Translations under genes and position numbers: made by a program | The notes under the pieces: model-generated | Seen by the model: only the letters and a program-made list of their open reading frames with translations | Databases searched by the model: none | What the model was told of the DNA's origin: nothing | In this document: positions 1 to 8,665 of the stretch, piece after piece | Layout of the letters: each line of letters begins with the position of its first letter | How positions within the stretch are numbered: position 1 is the stretch's first letter | NCBI GenBank assembly: GCA_050253075.1 | Contig: JBFWJS010000001.1 | Span: forward strand, 288,001 to 352,000 | Length of the DNA stretch: 64,000 nt | From: Deferribacterales bacterium | Lineage (GTDB): Bacteria > Chrysiogenota > Deferribacteres > Deferribacterales > Geovibrionaceae | Direction: 5' to 3'

Positions 1-1
1 C

Positions 2-142
2 GGACAGATATACGCAGGCAGAGACTGTCTTAAGATTTTTAAAATACCGCCGACTGATATAATAGCCGGATGTGAGCAGGCAGAGCCTGAGATCACCTTT
101 AAGTACCTTATGGCTGACAATACTAAAATGATATCCTGGTAA
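2..142 (+). CDS. possible 3' end of an upstream gene (partial, unknown product)
   Basis: Frame 2 is open from the window edge to TAA at 140-142, 1 nt before the next ATG (144). No recognisable motif. Confidence 0.3.
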   Translation, partial: GQIYAGRDCLKIFKIPPTDIIAGCEQAEPEITFKYLMADNTKMISW

Positions 143-143
143 G

Positions 144-1433
144 ATGCCCCCTAGAAAAACAAACGGACCACGCAAAACTACAGCTAGAAAACCTGCGGCG
201 AAACGACCTGCGTCGAAAAAACCGACCCGCAGATCAAATAAGAAGAAAGCGGACCATAAACTGCCTATCACGACGCTTCTGGCGGTGATACCTATTATAC
301 TTCTGACCGCTTTTGTCATACTCCGCTTTTCAGGAAGCGATACTCCTCCGCCCGTACCGCAGAAACAGGCGGAAATGCCTATCCCGCAGGTACAGCAGCC
401 CATACAGCAGACCGTCGTGAAAGAGGTTCAGGCAAAGAACGTGCTGAACACCGTGAAGCTATTCATGTTTGACAACTCTATCAAAAATGAGAACCTGCAC
501 ATAAACGGCAGCAGCATCGTCATAGAGACCACATCAGAATCTCTGGCGGATAAGCTGACCGCACTGCTGAAAAAGTATCTGCAGAACAACAGCATAACAG
601 TCGACGGAGAGGATGTTCTCACCGCTGAGGACAGCAAGGGGATATACAACATATCCTTTAACGCTCCGAAGCCCGCAGTGAAGAAAGAGCCCGTAAAACA
701 GGCAGAGAAGCCGAAGCCTGCGCCGTCTGTGAAAAAGACATTTAAAGCAAAACTCGCCGTAGTGATAGACGACTGCGGATACAGCATACCGCTGGCGAAG
801 GAGCTCGCAGCGGTAAAATACCCGGTGACATTCGCCGTTATACCATTTACCCCATACGGAAAGGAGACAGCCGTCCTAGCCAAAAAAGCGGGCAAGACGC
901 TCTTCCTCCATTTCCCTATGCAGCCGAAGTCTTACCCTAAGTTTGACCCCGGTAAGGGAGCTCTATTCCTGAACATGCCTCAGACGGTGATAGCCGCCGT
1001 TACCAAGGCAAACTTCGAGTGGTTCCCCGTGAAGCTCGACGGGACAAACAACCACACAGGCTCCGCCTTTACCGAAAGCAGGGAAAAGATGTCTCAGGCA
1101 TTGAACGAGATAAAGAAGTACACCGACACATATCTGGACAGCTACACATCAGGCAGCTCTGTCGCATACGATGTTTGTCAGCAGAAAGGGATGGAATGCG
1201 GTGTGAACAATATATTTCTGGATAATGAAGAGCCCGGCCTTGTGACTGTGACAGATAAGCAGAACCACGTGCATGACCAGCTCATCTCAGCGGCAAAGCG
1301 TGCGCTGAAGAATAAGCATGCCATAGCCATAGGACATCTTAGAAATGCTACCGTGTCTGTTCTGGACAAGACATTTGCCCAGATAGAAGAGATGGGTGTC
1401 AAGATAGTGCCTGTTCAGGAGCTGATGGACTAG
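144..1433 (+). CDS. divergent polysaccharide deacetylase family protein (YibQ-like), N-terminally membrane anchored
   Basis: Basic N-terminus, one TM helix, Pro/Lys linker, then LAVVIDDCG, LFLHFPMQP, NNHTGS, FLDN and AIAIGH motifs of the family. Confidence 0.9.
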   Translation: MPPRKTNGPRKTTARKPAAKRPASKKPTRRSNKKKADHKLPITTLLAVIPIILLTAFVILRFSGSDTPPPVPQKQAEMPIPQVQQPIQQTVVKEVQAKNVLNTVKLFMFDNSIKNENLHINGSSIVIETTSESLADKLTALLKKYLQNNSITVDGEDVLTAEDSKGIYNISFNAPKPAVKKEPVKQAEKPKPAPSVKKTFKAKLAVVIDDCGYSIPLAKELAAVKYPVTFAVIPFTPYGKETAVLAKKAGKTLFLHFPMQPKSYPKFDPGKGALFLNMPQTVIAAVTKANFEWFPVKLDGTNNHTGSAFTESREKMSQALNEIKKYTDTYLDSYTSGSSVAYDVCQQKGMECGVNNIFLDNEEPGLVTVTDKQNHVHDQLISAAKRALKNKHAIAIGHLRNATVSVLDKTFAQIEEMGVKIVPVQELMD

Positions 1434-1867
1434 TCCTTCTTCCCCTGACATTTCGGGCAGGTTCCGTAGAGGTTCATGGAGTGATCCACGAGCTTATACC
1501 CGTATTTGTCGGCGATGTACTGCTGGAGCTTCTCTATATCTTCTGAAAAGAATTCGACATTTTCCCCGCATTTTACACATACGAGGTGGTCGTGGTGTTC
1601 TTCGCCCGTGTCATATTCATAGCGGATAGACCCCTCGCCGAAATTAAGCTCTCTGGCGATGCCTGCCTCGGTGAGCAGTTTCAGAGTGCGATACACTGTG
1701 GCGTGCCCGATGGTCTTATCTGTTTTTTTGAGTATTTCGTATAGCTGTTCAGCCGTGACATGCTTCTTCTGTTTGCAGAGTGTTTTGAGTATCAGTTCAC
1801 GCTGAGATGTCATCCTCAGTTTCTGTTTGCCGAGATATTCGGTAAAAATCTTTTGTATATCTTTCAC
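1430..1867 (-). CDS. fur: Fur family ferric uptake regulator
   Basis: RMTSQRELIL, ATVYRTLKLL, HHDHLVCVKC and C-terminal CPKC; GTG start with GGAGAG SD; divergent from feoA. Confidence 0.92.
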   Translation of the reverse strand: MKDIQKIFTEYLGKQKLRMTSQRELILKTLCKQKKHVTAEQLYEILKKTDKTIGHATVYRTLKLLTEAGIARELNFGEGSIRYEYDTGEEHHDHLVCVKCGENVEFFSEDIEKLQQYIADKYGYKLVDHSMNLYGTCPKCQGKKD

Positions 1868-1962
1868 GATCCGCTCTCCGATATGTCAGTTTGCTTAATA
1901 AAGCATAGCTGTATAATACATTTTTTTCCATATTAAATTTGTTCACTATCGCCTTATTAATA

Positions 1963-1982
1963 GTTTATTAATATTAATAAAC
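1963..1982. promoter_or_regulatory. perfect 20-bp AT-rich palindrome in the fur-feoA intergenic region, candidate operator
   Basis: GTTTATTAATATTAATAAAC is its own reverse complement. Confidence 0.45.
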
Positions 1983-2058
1983 ATTAAAGCTGACAGGACA
2001 ATAAGTTGCCTCACCATATATTTTAACAATCATCAATATATGCACGCATTCAAACTTT

Positions 2059-2091
2059 GATATTGATAACAAGTTTCACTATACCTATAAT
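2059..2091 (+). promoter_or_regulatory. sigma70 promoter of feoA overlapped by a Fur box
   Basis: TTGATA(2063-68)-17bp-TATAAT(2086-91); GATATTGATAACAAGTTTC (2059-77) matches 14/19 of GATAATGATAATCATTATC. Confidence 0.7.
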
Positions 2092-2114
2092 GTAGCCTAA
2101 AGGAAGTGTAATAT

Positions 2115-2471
2115 ATGCAGGAAATTTGCTGTGAAACACCTGTGAACCTCTGCGACAAAGTCATGACAATGGCTATGCTGGAGCCGGGCAGCAAAGGTGT
2201 TATTAAAAGCTTCATTATGAATTGCGAAGACAGCCAGTCATGCCGTTTTGTACGCAGGCTGAAAGAGATCGGTCTGCATACGGGTGCGCGCTTTGAGATA
2301 CTGAAGAACTCGGGCACGGGCGAGCTCTCCGTCTCATGCGAGGGGACAACACTTGCTCTGGGCAGGGGCATGGCGGACAAGATAAACGTCGAGGTCTCCA
2401 GCGGGACAGTTTCGGGCAACACCATGTTCAGCAAATTCTGCCGTAAATTCGGCATAAAATGCCAGCCATAA
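2115..2471 (+). CDS. feoA: FeoA domain protein, Cys-rich
   Basis: RRLKEIGLHTGARFEI...TTLALGRGMADKINV FeoA signature; AAGGAAG SD. Confidence 0.85.
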   Translation: MQEICCETPVNLCDKVMTMAMLEPGSKGVIKSFIMNCEDSQSCRFVRRLKEIGLHTGARFEILKNSGTGELSVSCEGTTLALGRGMADKINVEVSSGTVSGNTMFSKFCRKFGIKCQP

Positions 2472-2474
2472 TCC

Positions 2475-2503
2475 TTTACTATCACTCTCTATTATAATAT
2501 CAT
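2475..2503 (+). promoter_or_regulatory. sigma70 promoter of lnt (leaderless configuration)
   Basis: TTTACT-17bp-TATCAT, 6 nt before ATG 2510, no SD. Confidence 0.55.
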
Positions 2504-2509
2504 CCAACT

Positions 2510-3967
2510 ATGAAGAATATAGCTCTGCTGCTATTTGCGGCTATCACATCGTCTGTGCTGATGACAGCGGCATCCCCGGGGTATGACCAATGGTACGCCG
2601 CATACTTTGCACTGGTGCCTGTGCTCATCGCCATACCTCTCACGGGATTCGGTTTCCTCACCGGGTGGCTCTACGGCACACTTTATTTCCTTTTGAACAT
2701 TCACTGGGTTGTAAATGCCGTTTCAGATTTCGGCAATTCGCCTTTTTTCGTCGGTGTTCTGATTGCCGTTGCATTTTCAATGGGGCTCGGACTCTTCTGG
2801 GGTGTTTTCGGATATCTGTATAAGAAGAAGCACAAGGCTGGATTCCTCATGGCGGGCGTGGTAGTAGCCCTAGAGGTTGCTCGCTCGACACTGCTCACGG
2901 GCTTCCCCATGCTGAACCTCTCACACACCCAATACACATTCCTCCCTGCTATACAGATAGCAGAGGTGGCGGGCAGCTACGGCATATCACTCATAATAGC
3001 CTATATGAACCTGTCCATAGCATCTCTGATAACTAATAAGAATAAACAGTCGATACTCTTTGCCCTGCTGCTGACGGCGGCGTCTATCATATACGGATTT
3101 TCCGTACAGGGGCGCACATACGCAGGCACGGACATAAACGTAAGCATAATACAGCCCGCATACTCGCAGGCGGATAAATGGATACCCGAAAAGAAATACG
3201 ACATAATGTCAGACGTGAACACCATGCTCCGTGCTGTCGACCTCGAAAAGCACGACATGGTCATCCTGCCCGAGACAGTTTATCCCGCTTTCCTCAACCC
3301 TAGCTTTGCGGGGTATCACATGCTCTCCATAGCCGGGGAAAAGGTGCCTGTTATCGCAGGGGGCATACGCTTCATCGAAAATGACGGGAAGCGCACTTAT
3401 AAAAACAGCGTGTTCATGTTCGACGGAGAAAATGTTTCAACATATGACAAGATACACCTCGTACCATTCGGTGAATACTTCCCTCTGAAAAACATCTTTA
3501 AGCCGATAGACTATTACTTCTTTAAAGGTGCGGAGGACTTTGCCCCGGGCGACGGCGCATCAGTATTTGTGAATGAAAAGTTTACCGCCGCTCCTATGGT
3601 ATGCTATGAGAGCATGTACAGCGACCTTGTGCGTGATCAGGTCATGCTGGGGGCGGATGTTGTCACCGTGGTCACAAATGACAGCTGGTTCGGCGATTCG
3701 AAAGGACCGTATCAGCATCTGGCGACGGATGTACTGCGTGCGGTTGAATTCCGCAAGCCTGTGCTGAGAGCTGCCCAGTCGGGCATATCCGCATGTATCA
3801 CTCCTAGCGGAGAGGTGACGGACACACTAGGCACCGGCGTGAAAGGCACGCTCGAGTGCAGCGTCACAACCCACAAGGGACTTACACTGTTTGCAACGGG
3901 AGGATACGGTTGGTTAGCTGTTTTTCTCTTTGCAGCGTGGTATTTCAGCAGAAGAAAGGGTCTGTGA
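2510..3967 (+). CDS. lnt: apolipoprotein N-acyltransferase
   Basis: Multi-TM N-terminus; nitrilase triad motifs LPET, YDKIHLVPFGEY, VCYE; TNDSWFG. Confidence 0.95.
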   Translation: MKNIALLLFAAITSSVLMTAASPGYDQWYAAYFALVPVLIAIPLTGFGFLTGWLYGTLYFLLNIHWVVNAVSDFGNSPFFVGVLIAVAFSMGLGLFWGVFGYLYKKKHKAGFLMAGVVVALEVARSTLLTGFPMLNLSHTQYTFLPAIQIAEVAGSYGISLIIAYMNLSIASLITNKNKQSILFALLLTAASIIYGFSVQGRTYAGTDINVSIIQPAYSQADKWIPEKKYDIMSDVNTMLRAVDLEKHDMVILPETVYPAFLNPSFAGYHMLSIAGEKVPVIAGGIRFIENDGKRTYKNSVFMFDGENVSTYDKIHLVPFGEYFPLKNIFKPIDYYFFKGAEDFAPGDGASVFVNEKFTAAPMVCYESMYSDLVRDQVMLGADVVTVVTNDSWFGDSKGPYQHLATDVLRAVEFRKPVLRAAQSGISACITPSGEVTDTLGTGVKGTLECSVTTHKGLTLFATGGYGWLAVFLFAAWYFSRRKGL

Positions 3968-4035
3968 TAAATTCTTATTGAATTATTACTGGATTGAATA
4001 TATTTAAGTAAGACACTACGTTCCCGGAGGTAGCC

Positions 4036-4245
4036 ATGTTTGGTCTTGGATCACAGGAAATCATTATAATTCTCCTCATCGCTGTCGTTCTTTTTGGTGC
4101 GGGTAAACTCCCACAAATCGGCGAAGGCATGGGCAAAGCTATCAAAAACTTCAAAAAAGCAGCTAAAGACGCTGACGAAGCTGTTGATATCACACCTGAG
4201 GAAGATAAAAAGAAGATTTCCGAGAGTAACGATAAAGAGGCGTAA
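4036..4245 (+). CDS. tatA: twin-arginine translocase TatA/E subunit
   Basis: MFGLGSQEIIIILLIAVVLFGAGKLPQIGEGMGKAIKNFK; GGAGG SD. Confidence 0.95.
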   Translation: MFGLGSQEIIIILLIAVVLFGAGKLPQIGEGMGKAIKNFKKAAKDADEAVDITPEEDKKKISESNDKEA

Positions 4246-4287
4246 GCCGATATCATGCAAGGCGGGACAGAGGCGGCGGCGCATGTT

Positions 4288-4932
4288 ATGCACCCCGCTT
4301 TCAGACTGATACTTTTCCTCTCCGTCATACAATCGGCGGCAGTCACGCAGAGTTTCAGGTCTCTCGCTGTATTCTGTATCATTCTTTTATTTGCGACATT
4401 CTATTTTAAAACAGATATAAATACCCTTATAAATAAATCTAAACCATTTATACTGATACTCGTTTTCACATTTTTGATAAACCTTGCCTTTGGCTCGGGG
4501 CTTACTCTTTCGTCTGTCCTGACGTTAAGGTTCCTGCTTATCATACTGTTTTCCATCCTTTTAACTGCATCTACGGATCCGCAGGTGCTGATAGCTGTAT
4601 TACTGTATCCATTCAGAGGCAGATTCGGCAAAAACCTCAAGATCGTCCTTATGGTAGCGATGGAATTCATCCCTTATTTCATCGAAAAGGCGAAAAATAC
4701 CGTTAAAAACATCAAAGAGATGCCCGAATTCCACGGGCAGGCATATAAAGCAATTCTGAAGCCGGAGCTGTACATCCGCCCTATCACAGAGGGGATGTAT
4801 GAGATGGCATCCGATGTCGCAGACGGAGTGGCAGAGGGGAAGTACGACACCCCTGCCCTACCTAGGATAAAGCCCTTTGAAATACTGCTGTCGCTGACAG
4901 CCGTGGCGTTTGCGGTGATCTATGCTTTATAA
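4288..4932 (+). CDS. EcfT/CbiQ-like ECF transporter transmembrane component (divergent)
   Basis: MHPAFRL..., LRFLLIILFSILLTASTDP, AMEFIP resemble EcfT; lies directly before truA; start 4288 or 4255. Confidence 0.6.
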   Translation: MHPAFRLILFLSVIQSAAVTQSFRSLAVFCIILLFATFYFKTDINTLINKSKPFILILVFTFLINLAFGSGLTLSSVLTLRFLLIILFSILLTASTDPQVLIAVLLYPFRGRFGKNLKIVLMVAMEFIPYFIEKAKNTVKNIKEMPEFHGQAYKAILKPELYIRPITEGMYEMASDVADGVAEGKYDTPALPRIKPFEILLSLTAVAFAVIYAL

Positions 4933-5662
4933 CAAGAAGCTGACGATAGAATATATCGGTACGGATTTCGCAGGGTGGCAGGTTCAGCCGAACGGACGCA
5001 CCGTACAGGAAGAGCTGCATAAGGCTCTCAGCAGAATGTATAAGACAAAGGTGACATGCATAGGCTCAGGGCGCACCGACAGCGGCGTACATGCTCTGGG
5101 GCAGGTGGCAAACTACCGCACGGACAGATACATCCCGCCGGAGAACGTCCACATGGGGCTGAACAGCATGCTCCCCGACGATGTCTCGATAGTCTCCGTA
5201 GAGGATGTGCCCGAGGAATTCCACGCACAGATGAGCGCAGTGAGCAAGACATATCTGTACAGGATATTCGCATCAAGGGTACGCTCTGCTATGTATGCGG
5301 GGCGAACATGGTGGGTTAAGGACACTCTGGACCATCGGCTGATAGGTGAATACCTGAAGCTGTTCGAAGGCGAGCACGACTTCACATCTTTCTGCGTGCA
5401 GACCAGCCTGAGGGAAAATAATGTCCGCACCATAAACACCACAAGGTGCTACATGGACGGCGATATCATAAACATAGAGATAAACGGAAGCGGATTCCTG
5501 CACAACATGGTGCGCATCATAACGGGCACACTGGTGGAAGCAGTCCGCAAAGACCTGGGCAGTGAATACATCATAGAAGCTCTGGAAGGGAAAGACCGTG
5601 AAAAAGCAGGCCCCACGGCGCATGCCGCAGGGCTCTACCTACAGAAGGTTTATTATGTATGA
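4922..5662 (+). CDS. truA: tRNA pseudouridine(38-40) synthase
   Basis: YIGTDFAGWQVQ, GSGRTDSGVHALGQ, GFLHNMVRII. Confidence 0.97.
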   Translation: MLYNKKLTIEYIGTDFAGWQVQPNGRTVQEELHKALSRMYKTKVTCIGSGRTDSGVHALGQVANYRTDRYIPPENVHMGLNSMLPDDVSIVSVEDVPEEFHAQMSAVSKTYLYRIFASRVRSAMYAGRTWWVKDTLDHRLIGEYLKLFEGEHDFTSFCVQTSLRENNVRTINTTRCYMDGDIINIEINGSGFLHNMVRIITGTLVEAVRKDLGSEYIIEALEGKDREKAGPTAHAAGLYLQKVYYV

Positions 5663-5690
5663 AACGGCTTTCGCCGTCTGGATTATATAG

Positions 5691-5924
5691 TTAGCCCTCG
5701 CATGGCTTGATGAAGATCTTTGTCTCCACATCGAGGTATTTTGCATACCAGTTAGCGAGCTCTGTCTCGTACCACTCAACATCTGCATCGTTCAGCTTAG
5801 CGTAAAGCTCGTCATGCTCTTTCTGTTTGTGGGCGAGTTCGTCTCTCTCGTCGAGCGTGAGCTGCTCGTATGCGTCTTTCATAGGGAGTATGTCTTTTCT
5901 AAGTTCTAAAACTCTCTCTTTCAT
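5691..5924 (-). CDS. small acidic helical hypothetical protein (paralogue of 5926-6162)
   Basis: 77 aa, GGAGG SD, alignable end to end with its neighbour. Confidence 0.85.
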   Translation of the reverse strand: MKERVLELRKDILPMKDAYEQLTLDERDELAHKQKEHDELYAKLNDADVEWYETELANWYAKYLDVETKIFIKPCEG

Positions 5925-5925
5925 A

Positions 5926-6162
5926 TCAGCCTCCTCTGGGTTTTATGAACATTTTTGTTTCCATATCGATGAGCTTGTCATACCATCCGGCGAAACCGGC
6001 GTAAAGCCAATTCTTCTCATCTTCGGAAAGTTGCGATTTTACTTCTTCAAATTCTGTCTCCAGCGATGCTAGCTCTGCTTCCTCTTCCCTTGTCAGGTCG
6101 TCTCCGCAGACATCCGCCAGATACACTTTTCTTTTAAGCAGTTTCAATGCATGTTCTTTCAT
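5926..6162 (-). CDS. small acidic helical hypothetical protein (paralogue of 5691-5924)
   Basis: 78 aa, GAGGA SD, shared WY.K..D.ETK.FIKP..G C-terminus. Confidence 0.85.
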   Translation of the reverse strand: MKEHALKLLKRKVYLADVCGDDLTREEEAELASLETEFEEVKSQLSEDEKNWLYAGFAGWYDKLIDMETKMFIKPRGG

Positions 6163-6187
6163 GGACTGTCCTCTACTCTATAAAGAG

Positions 6188-6238
6188 ACAATAACACTCT
6201 CATTTCATTGTGTCAATATGAAAATGATAAATTTTATC
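6188..6238 (-). promoter_or_regulatory. sigma70 promoter for the paralogue pair with adjacent Fur-box-like site
   Basis: Minus strand TTGACA(6216-11)-17bp-TATTGT(6193-88); GAAAATGATAAATTTTATC (6220-38) matches 15/19 of the Fur consensus. Confidence 0.65.
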
Positions 6239-6360
6239 TTTATCCCCGCTTTTCCGCCCCGTCCGCCACTCGGGAATAATTATAAAATACAACCAACCTC
6301 CGTAAAAGATTTTAAATTGATATAACACTAAACTTTTTCTCCAAATAAGCACTCTATTGC

Positions 6361-6389
6361 TTGCCAGTGGGGGACTTCTTTGATATCTT
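6361..6389 (+). promoter_or_regulatory. sigma70 promoter of the pheA operon (leaderless configuration)
   Basis: TTGCCA-17bp-TATCTT, 7 nt before ATG 6397. Confidence 0.6.
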
Positions 6390-6396
6390 AACTCTC

Positions 6397-7467
6397 ATGA
6401 AGAAACTGGAACCACACAGAATAAACATCGATAACATCGACAAAGAGATCCTCGACCTGCTCAACAGAAGGGCGAAAGAGGCCATGCACATCGGCGAGAT
6501 AAAAAAAGCCGAGGGACAGCCCCTTTACGTTCCGTCCAGAGAGAAAAAGATATTTGAAAGACTCACAAGTATAAACGACGGGCCATTCCCAAATGAGGCA
6601 TTGAAAGCCGTCTTCCGTGAGATAATATCCGCATCCCTCTCTCTGGAAGAGGTGCAGAAGGTCGGATATCTCGGTCCTGAAGGTACGTTCACAAACCTTG
6701 CCGCACTTAAGCAGTTCGGGCTTTCGGCTCAGCTGGTGCCTGTGCGCACCATCCCCGAGGTCTTCGACAATGTCGAAAGAGGCAGACTCGGCTTCGGCAT
6801 CGTCCCTGTTGAAAACTCGCTGGAGGGGGTCGTAAACCACACTCTCGACACTTTCGTCACCAGCAACCTGAAGATAAGCGGTGAGATATTCCTCGAGGTT
6901 TCGCATAACCTGATGAACAAATCCGGCGAGCTGTCGGACATCCAGCATATATACAGCCACACACAGGCGATAGGTCAGTGCCGTAAGTGGCTCTCCGAAA
7001 ACTGCCCGGGCATCCCAGTGCAGGAGGTGGACTCCACGGCGAAAGCTGCCGAGATGGCATCAAAGGACAGCTCCGCAGCAGCCATAGCCAGCGAGATGGC
7101 AGTGATGAGATATTCGCTCCGCTATGTGGAAAAGAGCATAGAGGACAACTCGAGCAACTACACCAGATTCCTCATTATTGGCGACTTTGAGCCCCTGCCC
7201 ACAGGCAATGACAAGACATCTCTCGTCTTCGCCGCTGCCCACCGTGCAGGCTCTCTTTACGAAGTGCTTTCCATTTTCGCTAAAAATAGTATAAATATGA
7301 CAAAGATAGAGTCCCGTCCCTCCCGACAGAAAGCCTGGGAATACGTATTTTTCGTAGATCTGGACGGGCATAAAGACGATGAACCGGTTAAAAAGGCTCT
7401 GAACGAGCTGATAGAGCACACGGCGTTTGTAAAAGTGCTCGGTTCATATCCTAAGGGGGAAAAATGA
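6397..7467 (+). CDS. pheA: chorismate mutase / prephenate dehydratase (P-protein)
   Basis: N-terminal CM domain (RINIDNIDKEILDLLNRR), YLGPEGTFT, VPVENS, NYTRF, ACT domain KIESRPS. Confidence 0.96.
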   Translation: MKKLEPHRINIDNIDKEILDLLNRRAKEAMHIGEIKKAEGQPLYVPSREKKIFERLTSINDGPFPNEALKAVFREIISASLSLEEVQKVGYLGPEGTFTNLAALKQFGLSAQLVPVRTIPEVFDNVERGRLGFGIVPVENSLEGVVNHTLDTFVTSNLKISGEIFLEVSHNLMNKSGELSDIQHIYSHTQAIGQCRKWLSENCPGIPVQEVDSTAKAAEMASKDSSAAAIASEMAVMRYSLRYVEKSIEDNSSNYTRFLIIGDFEPLPTGNDKTSLVFAAAHRAGSLYEVLSIFAKNSINMTKIESRPSRQKAWEYVFFVDLDGHKDDEPVKKALNELIEHTAFVKVLGSYPKGEK

Positions 7468-8555
7468 TAGATTACGCCAAACTGGCAGGTCAGAATATCG
7501 CAGACCTTGTTCCGTACAAGCCCGGAAAACCGATAAAAGAGCTCGAGCGTGAGCTCGGAGTTAAAAACTCCGTGAAACTTGCATCAAACGAAAACCCGAT
7601 GGGATGTTCTCCGAAGGTTGTGGAAGCCCTTAAAGACTTCTTCCCTGAGATATCTAGATATCCTCTCGGCGATGCATTCTATCTCCGTACCGTCGTTTCC
7701 GAACATTACGGCATCAGCGGGGATAAACTCCTTTTCGGTACAGGATCAAACGAGATAATCGAGCTTGCTATCCGTACATTCCTCGGAGCAGACGAAGAGG
7801 TTTTAAGCCCTGCGCCGTCTTTCTCCGTATACGGCATCATTTCACAGGCAGCGGGCAGATCATGCAAATGGGTTCCTGTCGCTCCTGATTTTAAGATCGA
7901 TTTCGATGCGCTGGCAGCAGCCATCTCTGACAAGACAAGAATGATATTCCTCGCAAACCCGAACAACCCTACGGGCGAGTTTTTCACAAAGGGCGAGCTT
8001 GTGGACTTCATGAAGAAAGTTCCCGAGGATGTTATAGTGGTTATGGACGAAGCATACATCGAGTATGCCGATGCTCCCGATTTCCCTGACACACTTGCAA
8101 TGCTCGATACATATAAGAACATGTTCCTTATGAGAACATTCTCCAAGGCATACGGTCTCGCAGCTCTCCGTGTGGGCTATGTCATCGCTTGTGAAGAGGC
8201 AATCGACATGATGAACCGTGTCCGTCAGCCCTTCAACACAAACATGGCAGCTCAGATAGCAGCTCAGGCAGCTATGGAGGACAAAGAGCACCTCGAAAAG
8301 GTTCTCGCCGAAAATAAAGCGGGCAAAGAATACCTCTATGAGCAGTTCGATGCGCTCGGCCTTAAATATGTCCCTACACAGGCGAACTTTATCCTTGTGA
8401 AAGTGGGCAACGGCGAAAAGGTATTCAACGACCTCCTCAAAGAGGGCGTGATACTCCGCTACCTCGGACCGGGACTTGCCGAATGGGTAAGGGTATCCAT
8501 CGGAACAATGGCTGAAAACAAGATTTTCATAGAAAAGCTGAAAACAGTCTTATAA
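7464..8555 (+). CDS. hisC: histidinol-phosphate / aromatic aminotransferase
   Basis: KLASNENP, NPNNPTG, DEAY, RTFSKAYGLAALRVGY. Confidence 0.95.
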   Translation: MIDYAKLAGQNIADLVPYKPGKPIKELERELGVKNSVKLASNENPMGCSPKVVEALKDFFPEISRYPLGDAFYLRTVVSEHYGISGDKLLFGTGSNEIIELAIRTFLGADEEVLSPAPSFSVYGIISQAAGRSCKWVPVAPDFKIDFDALAAAISDKTRMIFLANPNNPTGEFFTKGELVDFMKKVPEDVIVVMDEAYIEYADAPDFPDTLAMLDTYKNMFLMRTFSKAYGLAALRVGYVIACEEAIDMMNRVRQPFNTNMAAQIAAQAAMEDKEHLEKVLAENKAGKEYLYEQFDALGLKYVPTQANFILVKVGNGEKVFNDLLKEGVILRYLGPGLAEWVRVSIGTMAENKIFIEKLKTVL

Positions 8556-8568
8556 CTTCAGTTGCCAC

Positions 8569-8649
8569 TCACTGCGAACATACTGGAGCAGTCTCTGAAC
8601 TCATTAATAAGAGCAAAGATTGCTTCGTCGTTATGCTCCTCGCAATGAC
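8569..8649. repeat. REP-like palindromic repeat, copy 1 (degenerate left arm plus right arm)
   Basis: TCACTGCGA...GGAGCAGTCTC (8569-95) and AGATTGCTTCGTCGTTATGCTCCTCGCAATGAC (8617-49); right arm recurs at 12449 and 37582. Confidence 0.8.
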
Positions 8650-8665
8650 ATGGAAGAGGTATAAT

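Noticed and set aside
120..146. Leaderless start for the polysaccharide deacetylase gene (TG-A-TATCCT-6-ATG)
   Set aside because: The geometry fits, but an upstream frame ends 1 nt before the ATG, so translational coupling explains it equally well; left out of the count
5926..5940. C-terminal Gly-Gly plus TGA of the 78-aa protein as a ubiquitin-like/sulfur-carrier tail or selenocysteine codon
   Set aside because: The GG codons are the GGAGG SD of the next gene, the paralogue ends at the same position with CEG-TAA, the predicted fold is helical, and read-through would add only a few residues
8633..8665. ORF-track N-terminal extension of aroF
   Set aside because: It starts inside the REP-like repeat; SD and family N-terminus fit ATG 8666
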